Below, one piece after another: positions 21,218 to 31,016 of a DNA stretch of 64,000 bases. The notes beneath the pieces were generated by a model. The model saw only the letters and a program-made list of their open reading frames with translations, had not been told where the DNA came from and searched no databases. Every line of letters starts with the position of its first letter. The first letter of the stretch is position 1. The position numbers and the translations under genes were made by a program. This DNA is from Nitrospiraceae bacterium (GTDB lineage Bacteria > Nitrospirota > Nitrospiria > Nitrospirales > Nitrospiraceae), in contig JBFWWG010000004.1 of assembly GCA_050246315.1 (NCBI GenBank), forward strand, positions 192,001 through 256,000, written 5' to 3'.

Positions 21218-21927
21218 GAAGCCGTTCCCCTGGCGCCAGCGCGCCGAAGCAACGAATTCAACATCTCCACGCTGAAGGTCTCCAGACGGAACGCCATCCG
21301 TCGAATGCGCGAGAGAAAGTAATTATAGGCAACGACCGCAGGGATGGCTGTAAACAATCCCATCGCCGTCGCCACCAACGCTTCGGCGACCCCGGGGGCC
21401 ACGGCCCCGATGCTGGCCGTTCCCTGCTGCCCGATTTCCCGAAATGAATCGATGATCCCCAGCACCGTCCCAAGCAACCCGATGAAGGGAGTAATGTTGC
21501 CTGTGGTCGCGAGAAAGGGCAGATAGGACTCCATTCTGGCCAATTGGCCCTGCACGATATATGCCATCGAACGCTCGAGATAATGCCGGTCCACTGGAAT
21601 CCCTTCCGCTGACCCTGGATGGTCTTTGTGCGGATTCCCGCTGCCTTCAGGCGCCTCCGGTAGGCGATCCAGGACGTTGAGCAGCACGGCCGCCGACGGA
21701 CTGTCCCCGGCCCTTCGGGCCTGCCGTCGCATTTCCTCCACGTCGTTCAGTTTTGCAACACTCGACAGGAACCGTTGATCCTCGGCATCGCTCCGACGAT
21801 AGACTCGAAGCTTATAGAGAATGATGGCCCAGGATAGAACGGAAAACCCGAACAAGAAGAGCAGGATGATTTTGGATACTAGGCCGAGCGAACTAACGAG
21901 TCCGAGGGGACCGGCTTGCAAATTCAT
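21214..21927 (-). CDS. tolQ: TolQ (MotA/TolQ/ExbB family)
   Basis: TPFIGLLGTVLGI, VAPGVAEALVATAMGL, AIPAV. Confidence 0.93.
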   Translation of the reverse strand: MNLQAGPLGLVSSLGLVSKIILLFLFGFSVLSWAIILYKLRVYRRSDAEDQRFLSSVAKLNDVEEMRRQARRAGDSPSAAVLLNVLDRLPEAPEGSGNPHKDHPGSAEGIPVDRHYLERSMAYIVQGQLARMESYLPFLATTGNITPFIGLLGTVLGIIDSFREIGQQGTASIGAVAPGVAEALVATAMGLFTAIPAVVAYNYFLSRIRRMAFRLETFSVEMLNSLLRRAGARGTAS

Positions 21928-22010
21928 TCCCTTTTAGTATCCCTCTTGTACAGCTCGCGGGAAAATATGCACCGGTTGCGTACATGATGTCACCCACCTG
22001 GAGATAAAAA

Positions 22011-22089
22011 TGGCGGGGCCGACGGGATTTGAACCCGCGACCTCCAGATTGACAATCTGGCGTCCTAAACCAGGCTGAACGACGGCCCC
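22011..22089 (-). tRNA. tRNA-Asp (GTC)
   Basis: GGGGCCG/CGGCCCC acceptor stem, anticodon arm CCAGA-TTGTCAA-TCTGG, GGTTCAAATCC T-arm, encoded CCA. Confidence 0.97.
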
Positions 22090-22211
22090 GCAATGGATGG
22101 AGAGAGCTTGGCGACTGCGCAGTGCGAACTGTGGGTGCAGGTCGATGCTCAACGCAGCCTGAGATCAGCTCGTCAATAGGTTGAATACGTTGTCTGGTAG
22201 TCTTCTATTCC

Positions 22212-22287
22212 TGGTAGGCGGAACAGGGATCGAACCTGCGACCTCTGCCTTGTAAGGGCAGCGCTCTCCCGGCTGAGCTATCCGCCT
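22212..22287 (-). tRNA. tRNA-Val (TAC)
   Basis: AGGCGGA acceptor stem, anticodon arm CTGCC-CTTACAA-GGCAG, GGTTCGATCC T-arm, encoded CCA. Confidence 0.97.
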
Positions 22288-22315
22288 AAAGTTTTGTAAT
22301 CCCCGATAGTTGCGC

Positions 22316-22344
22316 ATGCTATCAAGTCGCCTCCGCGATGTCAA
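22316..22344 (-). promoter_or_regulatory. Sigma-70 promoter of the tRNA-Val/tRNA-Asp unit
   Basis: TTGACA-17 nt-TAGCAT followed by a GCGC discriminator, about 30 nt upstream of tRNA-Val. Confidence 0.75.
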
Positions 22345-22427
22345 CCGATCTACGGCAAGATCTGGGCGTCGTGGCAGAGTGCGTCAGGACGAATCACGAT
22401 TCGGTATCCGGCGGTACTGACGATCGA

Positions 22428-23450
22428 TCAGGCGTCTGTCACAGGTGGGCTGCGTCGCGACGCACCCGCGCGACGCGGGAAGTACCGGTCATGCACCTGC
22501 TTGAGCCGCTCCCGCTCGACATGCGTATAGATCTGGGTCGTGGCCAGGCTCGCATGCCCCAACATGGCCTGAACCGACCGCAGGTCCGCGCCGCGATCCA
22601 ACAGATGGGTGGCGAAGGAATGACGCAACACATGGGGCGAAAGGTGGGACGTGATGCCGGCTTGTCGGGCCCGGCTTCGGAGCACTTTCCAGAATCCCTG
22701 TCTGGTCAAGGGTCCTCCGCGGCGCGTCACGAACAACATCGTCGAGGTGCATCGTTTCAACAACACGCCCCGCACCTGCGAAAGGTACTGCATGACCTTT
22801 CGGCGCGCCACGTCGCCGATGGGCACAATTCGCTGCTTGTTCCCTTTCCCCGATACCAGTAGGTACCCCACCGGGAGATTCAGACTCGAAAGAGGCAGCG
22901 CCACCAGTTCCGACACTCGGAGTCCGGATGCATACAGGAGTTCGATCATCGCATCGTCCCGCACCGCTTCCGGACCGTTGGAAACCCGACCGTCGAGCAG
23001 GGCTGCCACTTCTTGCTTGGTCAAGGTACGTGGAAGTTTGACACCCGCCTTGGGAGCGCTCAGAAATTCGGTGGGATCATCCCGGCAGAGTCCTTCCCGT
23101 TGGAGAAACCGATAAAAGCCGCGGAGCGTCGCCAGATATCGGGCGCGGGAAGAGGACGCGCCGCCCCCTCGGGCAACGTCGACAAAAAATTCGGCCAAGA
23201 CAGCGGGCGTGACGTTGGAGGGATCCGACAAGCCTCGCCTGCGAAGATGGGAAAGGAATTTTGCCAGATCCAATCGGTAGGATTCGGTGGTGTTGGCTGC
23301 CAGCCCGCCCTCGACCCGCAGATACCGCACGAAATGATCAATCCATTGATCAGTCCGGATCCTTCGCTCCGCGCCGTCCTGACGTGCGGCAGGAGTATCG
23401 ATAGGTTGTCTTCTCCGCGCTGCCCGCATCGCTCGCGTGGGATTCTGCAT
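22428..23450 (-). CDS. xerD: Site-specific tyrosine recombinase XerD
   Basis: YASGLRVSEL, GKGNKQRIVP, LTRQGFWK, SPHVLRHSFATHLL, LRSVQAMLGH, TTQIYTHV. Start uncertain. Confidence 0.92.
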   Translation of the reverse strand: MQNPTRAMRAARRRQPIDTPAARQDGAERRIRTDQWIDHFVRYLRVEGGLAANTTESYRLDLAKFLSHLRRRGLSDPSNVTPAVLAEFFVDVARGGGASSSRARYLATLRGFYRFLQREGLCRDDPTEFLSAPKAGVKLPRTLTKQEVAALLDGRVSNGPEAVRDDAMIELLYASGLRVSELVALPLSSLNLPVGYLLVSGKGNKQRIVPIGDVARRKVMQYLSQVRGVLLKRCTSTMLFVTRRGGPLTRQGFWKVLRSRARQAGITSHLSPHVLRHSFATHLLDRGADLRSVQAMLGHASLATTQIYTHVERERLKQVHDRYFPRRAGASRRSPPVTDA

Positions 23451-23547
23451 CGACGGCCGGTTCCTGTTCGCAACTATAGCGAAGCGTGAGATTCAACTCA
23501 AACACCCACTCCGTTTTCGCGCATGATTTCCCGTATCGTACGATTCC

Positions 23548-23577
23548 TTGACAAGATTTCTCATGCTTACCTATAGT
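23548..23577 (+). promoter_or_regulatory. Sigma-70 promoter for the LpoA-like/site-2 protease/trpS unit
   Basis: TTGACA-18 nt-TATAGT; argues against the TTG start at 23548 used in the ORF track. Confidence 0.6.
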
Positions 23578-23616
23578 CACCTTCGTCGCGGCGAGTCTCG
23601 CGATGCTCACGTTCCC

Positions 23617-25608
23617 ATGCCTTCCATCTGGCTCCGATTATTCTCGACCGTACGAACGACGGTGCCCCGTCGGCTTGTTCCGGCTACCGGACTGATCCTT
23701 GGTGCCGTCCTCTGTCTGCTGGCGCCATTCTCAGGCACCGCCGCCACTTCGCCACCCGGAACGACCGACGGAGGCCGGACGCAAGCAAGTCGCGCCTCCG
23801 CGACGTTGGACAAAGCTAAACGGCTGATCGAATCCCAGCGCCCCGATGAAGCACTGGCGCTGCTCAAACCCTTCGTCAATCTCTCGCCGCGTCCGGCCCA
23901 AGCCGACCAAGCCTATCTGTTGATGGCCGCCGCCTATCGCGGAGCGAATCAGCATGCCGAAGCCGTCGCGGCACTCAACTTCTTTCTCAGCGAATTTCCG
24001 ACGTCGCCGCTACTCGATCGCGCCAAAATGCTCCTGGCCTCGGAGCACGCCGTGATGGGACATCCGGACCAAGCCTTGCCCCTTCTCGCGGAGATTCGCA
24101 GTCTGACCACCGATGTGGCCACCAAACGGGAAGCGTTGCTCCTGACCGGCGACATTCTCGCTCAAAAACGCGACGTCCCTCGCGCGATCCAGGCCTGGCT
24201 GGAGGAGATGGAGCTGGCCCAGCCAGAGCAACGCGGTGCCACGGCAGCCCGCATCCAGACGCTGATCCGTGACAAGCTGGACCGACCGGCGCTCGTACGA
24301 ATTCGCGATACCTATCCTTCGTCCTTCCCCGGCGATGTCGCCCTGATCCGGTTGATCGAATGGCACACGGCGCGCGGTGAAGACCATTTGGCCGAACGGC
24401 AACTCCGGCTGTTTCTCCAGCGATTTCCCTCGCACGAATACGCAGCGAAGGCCGCCGATCTGCTGAACGGCCTGGCCGCGAAACTGAAATCGAGCCAAGC
24501 CGTCCTGGTAGCGCTACTACCGTTAACCGGAAAGCTGACACCGTTCGGAACGGAAGCGCTGAACGGCATCCAACTCGCTTTGGAAAAGGCAAAGGAAGCG
24601 TACGGTCCAACGTCCACTGGCGCCTCGATCGGACTGATCGTGAAGGATTCTGCCGCACCCCGCGGAGGGTTGGCCCAGGATCTTACCGACACCCTGGAAG
24701 AGTATCGACCCATTGCCGTGATCGGTCCCCTCCTGTCGAAGCATCTGCCCACGGTCGCCGAGGTGGTCGCGCGTACGGACACGCCGGCGATCACTCCGTC
24801 GGCCACTGTGGCCGATGTCCGCCGGTACGGATCGTGGCTCTTCAGCACGGCCCTCTCCTATGCCCATCAAACCAAACGTCTCGCGTCCTACGCGACGGAA
24901 CAGTTGGGATACCGGCGGGTCAGTGTGCTGCATCCCGACACATTCTACGGCCGGGAATTGGCCCAGTTGTTCAGTCAAGAGGTGATTCAACACGGCGGCG
25001 AAATTATCGCGTCCGAGAGTTATAAAGAAGGCGATACGGACTTCGGGCAGGCGATCAAGCGGCTCAAGACCCAGGACCTGAAGAAATATGGGATGACCAC
25101 ACCGGTCGTCAGCTCCAAAGGCCAAAAACGCGATCTGTATGCGCCGGGATTTGATGCGATTTTCGTCCCGGGACGGGCGATGGACATTACCCTGCTCTCC
25201 CCTCAATTGACCTTTCACGACGTCAAGGTTCCGCTGCTCGGCACAAGCAGTTGGAACATGACGCCCGCTCCGACCACGAATGAGCCGGCCCTTGAGGGGT
25301 CGGTGTTTGTGGATGGGTTTTTCAGCGAGAGCCCCGACCCGGCCGTGCAGGAATTCGTCGATCGGTACCGCCAGCGATTTCAATCCAGTCCGACGGCCTT
25401 TGCCGCACAAGCGTTCGACGCCGCCACAATCATCCTCGACGCCCTGCGGAAGGGTGTCCTCTCGGGTCAGGCCATGAGAGAATACCTTCAAACACACCCC
25501 GACCTGCCGACGCTCGGCGGTCCCGCTCATTTCGACGGATCCGGTTCGTTGGTCCGACGGGTCTTCGTCATCGGCATCAAGGGCGGCCACCTGGTGCAAA
25601 TCGAGTAA
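23617..25608 (+). CDS. LpoA/LppC-like penicillin-binding-protein activator (TPR plus periplasmic-binding fold)
   Basis: Signal region, TPR repeats, then ALLPLTG, VIGPLLS, FDAIFVPG and AAQAFDAA. Confidence 0.75.
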   Translation: MPSIWLRLFSTVRTTVPRRLVPATGLILGAVLCLLAPFSGTAATSPPGTTDGGRTQASRASATLDKAKRLIESQRPDEALALLKPFVNLSPRPAQADQAYLLMAAAYRGANQHAEAVAALNFFLSEFPTSPLLDRAKMLLASEHAVMGHPDQALPLLAEIRSLTTDVATKREALLLTGDILAQKRDVPRAIQAWLEEMELAQPEQRGATAARIQTLIRDKLDRPALVRIRDTYPSSFPGDVALIRLIEWHTARGEDHLAERQLRLFLQRFPSHEYAAKAADLLNGLAAKLKSSQAVLVALLPLTGKLTPFGTEALNGIQLALEKAKEAYGPTSTGASIGLIVKDSAAPRGGLAQDLTDTLEEYRPIAVIGPLLSKHLPTVAEVVARTDTPAITPSATVADVRRYGSWLFSTALSYAHQTKRLASYATEQLGYRRVSVLHPDTFYGRELAQLFSQEVIQHGGEIIASESYKEGDTDFGQAIKRLKTQDLKKYGMTTPVVSSKGQKRDLYAPGFDAIFVPGRAMDITLLSPQLTFHDVKVPLLGTSSWNMTPAPTTNEPALEGSVFVDGFFSESPDPAVQEFVDRYRQRFQSSPTAFAAQAFDAATIILDALRKGVLSGQAMREYLQTHPDLPTLGGPAHFDGSGSLVRRVFVIGIKGGHLVQIE

Positions 25609-25612
25609 CCCC

Positions 25613-26353
25613 ATGACGTCGTTGTCTCAGGTGCTTTACAAGATTTCCTACATGGGCCTGCCGCTGCTGTTCGCCATGGTCCTGCACGAATTCGCCCATG
25701 GTTGGGTGGCCAGTCGGCTCGGCGACCCGACGGCTCGTCTGCAAGGCCGGCTCACACTGAACCCGCTCGCGCATATCGATCCGTTCGGAACGGTGCTGGT
25801 GCCGTTGCTCTGCCTGCTCATGCCCGGAGGCTTCTTCATCGGCTGGGCGAAGCCGATTCCCATCGACCCACGGAACCTGTCGCATCCGCGTCGCGACATG
25901 GCCTGGGTCGCCGCCGCCGGTCCCGGAATGAACCTCGCACTGGCCATCCTCAGCGCCGCCGCGTTCAGCACTTTCCTGATGCTGGATCCGACGCTCGGTG
26001 AGTTCCTCTCGCGCTCGTCAAGCCCCAGGAGGCAGGATCTCGCGGGCCTGGTGTTGCTCCCGCTCGCGGTGATGGCACTCTATTCCGTCCTGATCAATGT
26101 GCTGCTGATGCTCTTCAACCTGATCCCGATCCCGCCGCTCGACGGAGGCCGGATCCTGACGAGCCTGTTGCCGCAACGGCCGGCACTGGCACTGGCGCAA
26201 CTGGAACCCTACGGCATGATCTTGATTTTTGCGCTGGTGCTGCTGGACCCGCAGATCCACCTCATCGGTACCATCACCGGTCCGCTTACGGATTTCACGG
26301 CCAATACGATTGTTCAACAGGTCCAGACCCTAACTCGAGGTGTCACACCATGA
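25613..26353 (+). CDS. Site-2 protease (peptidase M50)
   Basis: HEFAH, GRLTLNPLAHIDP, AAAGP, FNLIPIPPLDGG. Confidence 0.93.
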   Translation: MTSLSQVLYKISYMGLPLLFAMVLHEFAHGWVASRLGDPTARLQGRLTLNPLAHIDPFGTVLVPLLCLLMPGGFFIGWAKPIPIDPRNLSHPRRDMAWVAAAGPGMNLALAILSAAAFSTFLMLDPTLGEFLSRSSSPRRQDLAGLVLLPLAVMALYSVLINVLLMLFNLIPIPPLDGGRILTSLLPQRPALALAQLEPYGMILIFALVLLDPQIHLIGTITGPLTDFTANTIVQQVQTLTRGVTP

Positions 26354-27342
26354 CGGAGACTCCGCGCAAACGCGTTCTCAGCGGCATGCAACCCAGTGGC
26401 CTGCTCCACCTGGGAAACTGGCTCGGCGCGCTGGAGAACTGGAAGGCGCTGCAAGCGGACTACGACTGTTTCTTTTTCGTCGCGGACTGGCATGCGCTCT
26501 CGACTAATTATGAAAACACCGGCCGGCTGCGCGAGTTTTCGCGGGAGTTGGTCATCGATTGGCTGGCGGCGGGCATCGACCCCGCCCGCGCCACCGTCTT
26601 TGTGCAATCGCGGGTGCCGGACCACGCCGTCTTGCACCTGCTCTTGTCGATGATCATTCCGATCTCCTGGCTGGAACGGAATCCGACATACAAGGAAAAG
26701 CAGGAAGAGATCAAGGAACGCGATCTGGCCACCTACGGCTTCCTTGGATACCCAGTGCTGCAGGCTGCCGATATCCTTATCTACAAACCCGACTTCGTGC
26801 CGGTGGGCAAGGACCAGTTGCCCCACCTCGAATTGACGCGCGAACTGGCGCGTCGCTTCAACAGTCTGTATCGTCCCGTGTTCCCTGAGCCGATGGAACA
26901 CCTGACCAAGTTTCCCAAGGTCGTCGGCACCGACGGACGGAAGATGAGCAAGAGTTACGGCAACACGATCAACTTGTCCGACTCGGAGCCAGTCGTCCGG
27001 CAAAAACTCAAAACCATGATCACCGACCCCGCGCGCGTCCGTCGTACCGACCCTGGCAATCCGGATGTCTGTCCGGTCTACGACTTCCACAAGATTTTTT
27101 CTCCGTTACCCATCATCGAGCAGGTCAATCGCGAATGCCGTACGGCCGCCATCGGCTGCATCGACTGCAAAAAATTGGCGGCCGATGCCATCGTCGGTCG
27201 CATGCAGCCGATGTGGCACGCCCGTGCCGACTTGGTGAAGAAACCTGGACAGGTGGAAGAGATTGTGGCAGAAGGAAGTCAACGCGCTGCACGCGTGGCC
27301 CATCGGACGCTGTTGGAAGTCCAAGAGGCCATGAAGATCTAG
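26350..27342 (+). CDS. trpS: Tryptophanyl-tRNA synthetase
   Basis: SGMQPSG, HLGN, YPVLQAADIL, VPVGKDQ, KMSKS. Confidence 0.97.
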   Translation: MTETPRKRVLSGMQPSGLLHLGNWLGALENWKALQADYDCFFFVADWHALSTNYENTGRLREFSRELVIDWLAAGIDPARATVFVQSRVPDHAVLHLLLSMIIPISWLERNPTYKEKQEEIKERDLATYGFLGYPVLQAADILIYKPDFVPVGKDQLPHLELTRELARRFNSLYRPVFPEPMEHLTKFPKVVGTDGRKMSKSYGNTINLSDSEPVVRQKLKTMITDPARVRRTDPGNPDVCPVYDFHKIFSPLPIIEQVNRECRTAAIGCIDCKKLAADAIVGRMQPMWHARADLVKKPGQVEEIVAEGSQRAARVAHRTLLEVQEAMKI

Positions 27343-27367
27343 TCCGCAACGCGGCACTTCCTTTGAC

Positions 27368-27802
27368 ATGCCGACGGTTCGCCCTCAGACCCGCTCTGCC
27401 CTCCGCTTCAGTCTGCCGGCTCTCGGCCTCTCTGCGCTGCTTTCAGGCTGCGCCTCGCTGGCCCATGGCGACCATCAATCCGTGACGCTGTACACCGATC
27501 CACCGGAAGCGGACGTGGTGATCGATGAGCGGATTCACCTGACCGCGCCAGGGAAGGTGTCGCTCAACCGGAAAGAGGATCACACGGCAAGGATCGAAAA
27601 GGCCGGCTACGAGCCGATGACGGTTCGGATCGAACGGGGCATGTCGAACTGGGTCTACCTCGACGGCATTTGCTTGATCTTCATCTACTGGTGCATCACA
27701 AGCGACCGGCAGGACGGCGGGTTCTGGACTTTCGATGACGAGGTCCATGTTCCGCTCGCCAACCGGCTCGCGGTTTCAGATCCCCCCCCTCCCCAGCAGT
27801 AA
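27368..27802 (+). CDS. PEGA-like lipoprotein
   Basis: Lipobox LSGC, TDPPEADVVID, IEKAGY. Confidence 0.7.
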   Translation: MPTVRPQTRSALRFSLPALGLSALLSGCASLAHGDHQSVTLYTDPPEADVVIDERIHLTAPGKVSLNRKEDHTARIEKAGYEPMTVRIERGMSNWVYLDGICLIFIYWCITSDRQDGGFWTFDDEVHVPLANRLAVSDPPPPQQ

Positions 27803-27930
27803 GCCCACCCCGCTCGTGCCCCCCTACACGTCCTGTCTCCAACCGCTCCGTCCGCCGCTCCTCCCCTCCGGCCGGAGGTCGCCGCCCATGTCGTTCAGAC
27901 GGCTGTGATCGGAAAGGAACTGGCCGGGAT

Positions 27931-28902
27931 CTATTGAAGGGGCACAAGCGGCTCGGGGAAACAGTGCAGCGGAAAGGCCGGTTCGCGGCCGATCCGTCGC
28001 AGGGTGCTGGCGATCCGCTGCGGCCGCCCCCAATCACTCCAGAGCACATCCTGCATCTCAACCGCCGCGAGATAGTCCGGGATTTGTTCCAGAAAATCCT
28101 TGGAAAAATCATACGACGGAAGGGTATCCGACAAGACCGAAGGCATCGCCGGCTCCGACGAGCCTCCGGCAGACACGCTCAGCCCTTCCAGCGTCTGGAC
28201 CAGTTCAGGCAGGATCTGCCGGCCCAGATCCCACAAAGTCTCCACTTGCGCGGCGATCACCAAGGTGCTCCAAAGCGCGCCCTCCGCCAATACCCGGTCG
28301 GCCTCCAGCGCAGTGGGCTGCTCGACGAAGGCGCGCACGAGTTTGACGGGTGACTCGGTGCGCAGGATCACCTGCGCACCGGTCTTGATCCATCCATAGT
28401 CCAGTTCGAGCGACTCCGGCGGCACGCCCAACAACACCAGCCGATGCGACAGCTCCTTGGCGATCCAGACGGCTTCCTCAAGGGCCAGCAGGAACCGGCT
28501 TTCAGGATAGACAAAATGGTCCGATGGAAGGATGACCACGGTACCGTTCGGATCGCGGCTCCGCACACTGGCCAGGGCCATAAAGATTCCGACGGCGGTG
28601 CCTCTTTTCGTCGGCTGGACCATCAGATGATCGATGGTTCGATCTCCGAGCTGATCGAGCGCTTCCTGGTGGTGTTCCCGATTCACCACCGCGATCACTC
28701 GCTCCTGCCGACTGACCCATATGGCCCGGTCGATGCTGTGTTGCCACAAGGACCTGGTGCCGAGAAACGTGCAGAAGGGCTTCGGCTTCTGATGTCCCAA
28801 CCATTTCGTAATCAGCGGGCGCACGGAATGGCTGTCACCGCCCCCCAGCACAATGGACCAAGGTCTCTCGGATCTCGCATCGTCCGTATGATGGTCGGGC
28901 AT
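27931..28902 (-). CDS. Mannose-1-phosphate guanylyltransferase-like nucleotidyltransferase with degenerate motifs
   Basis: QKPKPF, QP..RGT, ILPSDHF, YGWI, DFSKDFL, WSDWG. RBS GGAGG precedes ATG 28902. Confidence 0.78.
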   Translation of the reverse strand: MPDHHTDDARSERPWSIVLGGGDSHSVRPLITKWLGHQKPKPFCTFLGTRSLWQHSIDRAIWVSRQERVIAVVNREHHQEALDQLGDRTIDHLMVQPTKRGTAVGIFMALASVRSRDPNGTVVILPSDHFVYPESRFLLALEEAVWIAKELSHRLVLLGVPPESLELDYGWIKTGAQVILRTESPVKLVRAFVEQPTALEADRVLAEGALWSTLVIAAQVETLWDLGRQILPELVQTLEGLSVSAGGSSEPAMPSVLSDTLPSYDFSKDFLEQIPDYLAAVEMQDVLWSDWGRPQRIASTLRRIGREPAFPLHCFPEPLVPLQ

Positions 28903-29078
28903 ACGATCACCTCCAGATCTGGTGAGCATGGGCGCGCCCCTGTCCCGGGTTCAGACGGAGAGCCAGTCGAAGGGGGCTGGGATCACCGACAGATTCCAGC
29001 CGGATCCCGCAGCACCTTCCCCTCGACCATCATTTCGGAGGAAAACTCCTATCGAAGCGCGTGAGGCGACTGCCCGAA

Positions 29079-29315
29079 TCAAGCCGCCGACGTGTATCGA
29101 GACAGGCGCTCCACCGGGTAGAGGGACACCAAGTACTGAGACAAACTCGGCCTCAGGAGGACCAGCTTTGATTCACGGATCATCCGATCGACAGTGCCGA
29201 AGATTTCGTTCCAACTGTAGGTCGGCAATCCGGCGATCAGATCTTCGAGTGAACGGGGATCTTGTCCCTCCAACAAGCCGACAAGCTCCTGCTCCAACTC
29301 TTCCAGACGAGTCAT
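29079..29315 (-). CDS. Small hypothetical protein (possible winged-helix-like)
   Basis: 78-aa ORF with a G-rich RBS and protein-like composition (LEDLIAGLPTYSWNEIFGTVDRMIRE). Confidence 0.6.
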   Translation of the reverse strand: MTRLEELEQELVGLLEGQDPRSLEDLIAGLPTYSWNEIFGTVDRMIRESKLVLLRPSLSQYLVSLYPVERLSRYTSAA

Positions 29316-29531
29316 ACCCCACCCTCAGTGGACTCCGCGATGAAGCACGTCAGCACTGATCAAGATAAGGACAAAAACCAAGAGGTGACGGTTGTCATAT
29401 ATCGCGGGAAGCTCATCATGTCTATCCTGAAGCCATTGAAATTTTTGTCGAAGACAACCAAGGAACGAATGTCGTGGTTTGTCCGACAACGACGTCGGGT
29501 CGCGTGATCGTGAGGGCGCTCTTGGGGTTCT

Positions 29532-30017
29532 CGCAGGATGTTGAAGAATCCCGCCGGCTTTGTTGAGGCACCCAGTGCAGGCAGTTCATGATGCAAAGGG
29601 TCTCACGCGAAGAGGCTCAACCTTGAAGGGATTTCTTCAGCGGCCTATGAAAATCAGATGAAGGGAAACGCATAGGGTGCTTCTCCGCCGGCGCAGTGAC
29701 GAGAAGCCGATGAAGGGCCGGCGGTTCAAGCGAAGCTTGGTATGGAGGGACTTCGCCCGATGAGCCGCTGGCTCACACATCGTGCGGTAGGTACCGGCCT
29801 CGCCCCTTCGCTGGCTATGGCCCCAACCGTAGAAGGATGTGTCCCGGATGATCGATTGCGAAGCAATCAGAGAGAGGAGGGGTGAGACTCACTCACCGGG
29901 GTTTGGCGGGTGAAGGACGGCTCTTTTGAACATCCTGCGGGCCGTTCCGATCTCATCTGCAATCGTTTGCGGTTCTGTGCTTCTTGGGAGTCCAGAAAGC
30001 TTTTTCGACCGCCTGCT
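29532..30017. mobile_element. MITE-like element, family B, carrying hairpin-module cargo
   Basis: Left CGCAGGATGTTGAAGAA; inner right end TTTTGAACATCCTGCG (ends 29939); outer right end TTTTTCGACCGCCTGCT (ends 30017); module copies at 29631-29792. Confidence 0.7.
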
Positions 30018-30040
30018 CGGCCCGAGGGCGATCGGCGGGA

Positions 30041-30673
30041 CTACTCGGCAACTTGATGCATCAGGGCGTAACGGGTGAGTTCCGCGTTGTTCTTCAATTG
30101 CATCTTGTTCAGGATGCGGGCCCGGTAGGTGCTGACCGTCGTGACGCTCAGATTCAGCGACTCGGCAATTTCCGAGACCGTCCTCCCGGACCCGATCTGG
30201 CGAAGCACCTCAAACTCACGGTCGGACAGCAGCTCATGGGGAGGCCGCCCCTCGCCGGCCTTCATCGTGAGTGCCAACCGCTCGGCCACTTGCGGACTGA
30301 CATATTGCCCGCCGCTTGCGACCTTCTTGATGGCTTGCACCAACTCCTGGGGCGCGCTGGCTTTGTTCAGGTAGCCGTCCGCCCCGGCCTTGTACATGCG
30401 GACGGCATACTGATCTTCCGGATGCATGCTGAGCACGATCACCGGCAGCGCGGGGCGGTCGTGTTTCACCTGCTTCAAAGCCTCGGTCCCCGTGGTCCCG
30501 GGCATGGAAATGTCCATGATCACCACGTCCCATGGCTTTTTCTGCACCAAGTCGGCCAATTCGCGGGCGTCCCCTGCTTCCCCGAATTTCACTGGTCCCA
30601 GCCCCTCCGCAAGCATTTCTTTGACACCCCGTCGAAACAGTGGAAAATCGTCCGCAATTAGAATTTTGTACAT
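30041..30673 (-). CDS. NarL/LuxR-family (UvrY-like) response regulator
   Basis: REC domain (DISMPG, VLSMHPE) and LuxR HTH LSDREFEVL, TVSTYRARILNKM. Confidence 0.93.
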   Translation of the reverse strand: MYKILIADDFPLFRRGVKEMLAEGLGPVKFGEAGDARELADLVQKKPWDVVIMDISMPGTTGTEALKQVKHDRPALPVIVLSMHPEDQYAVRMYKAGADGYLNKASAPQELVQAIKKVASGGQYVSPQVAERLALTMKAGEGRPPHELLSDREFEVLRQIGSGRTVSEIAESLNLSVTTVSTYRARILNKMQLKNNAELTRYALMHQVAE

Positions 30674-30687
30674 GGGTTCCTCGTTTA

Positions 30688-31016
30688 GCCCGCATTATTC
30701 ATGAAGGTTCGTCACGAAACCGCCAAGACGCCACGCGTTGGACCCATTGCATGGGAAGAGCAATGAGTGCCCCCGCGTGGAGACGCAAGGCCCCGAAGCA
30801 CACGTGAAACGGTATGTTGAGGAGACGAGCGGCGAGCCCGCCCGCCATACCGCACTTCGTGTGAACCGGCAACTCATCGGACAAAGTCTCTCTTTATTGT
30901 CGCCGCCGGAGAAATCTCTTCGCCGCCCAGGCTTGTCGCAGCCGTTCGACCCCTTTCTCCGTATTGCAACGGGTCGAACGGCGGTTTCAGTTGAATCGCC
31001 CATTAATATTTCAGGT
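30688..31016. mobile_element. MITE-like element, family A, between kinase and regulator
   Basis: Left TIR GCCCGCATTATTCATGA, degenerate right TIR CCATTAATATTTCAGGT, TA on both flanks, colinear similarity to 59538-59748. Confidence 0.75.

Noticed and set aside
22011..23450. Integrase plus tRNA attachment site of a genomic island
   Set aside because: The recombinase has XerD signatures, the flanks are core genes, and I saw no duplicated tRNA 3' end.
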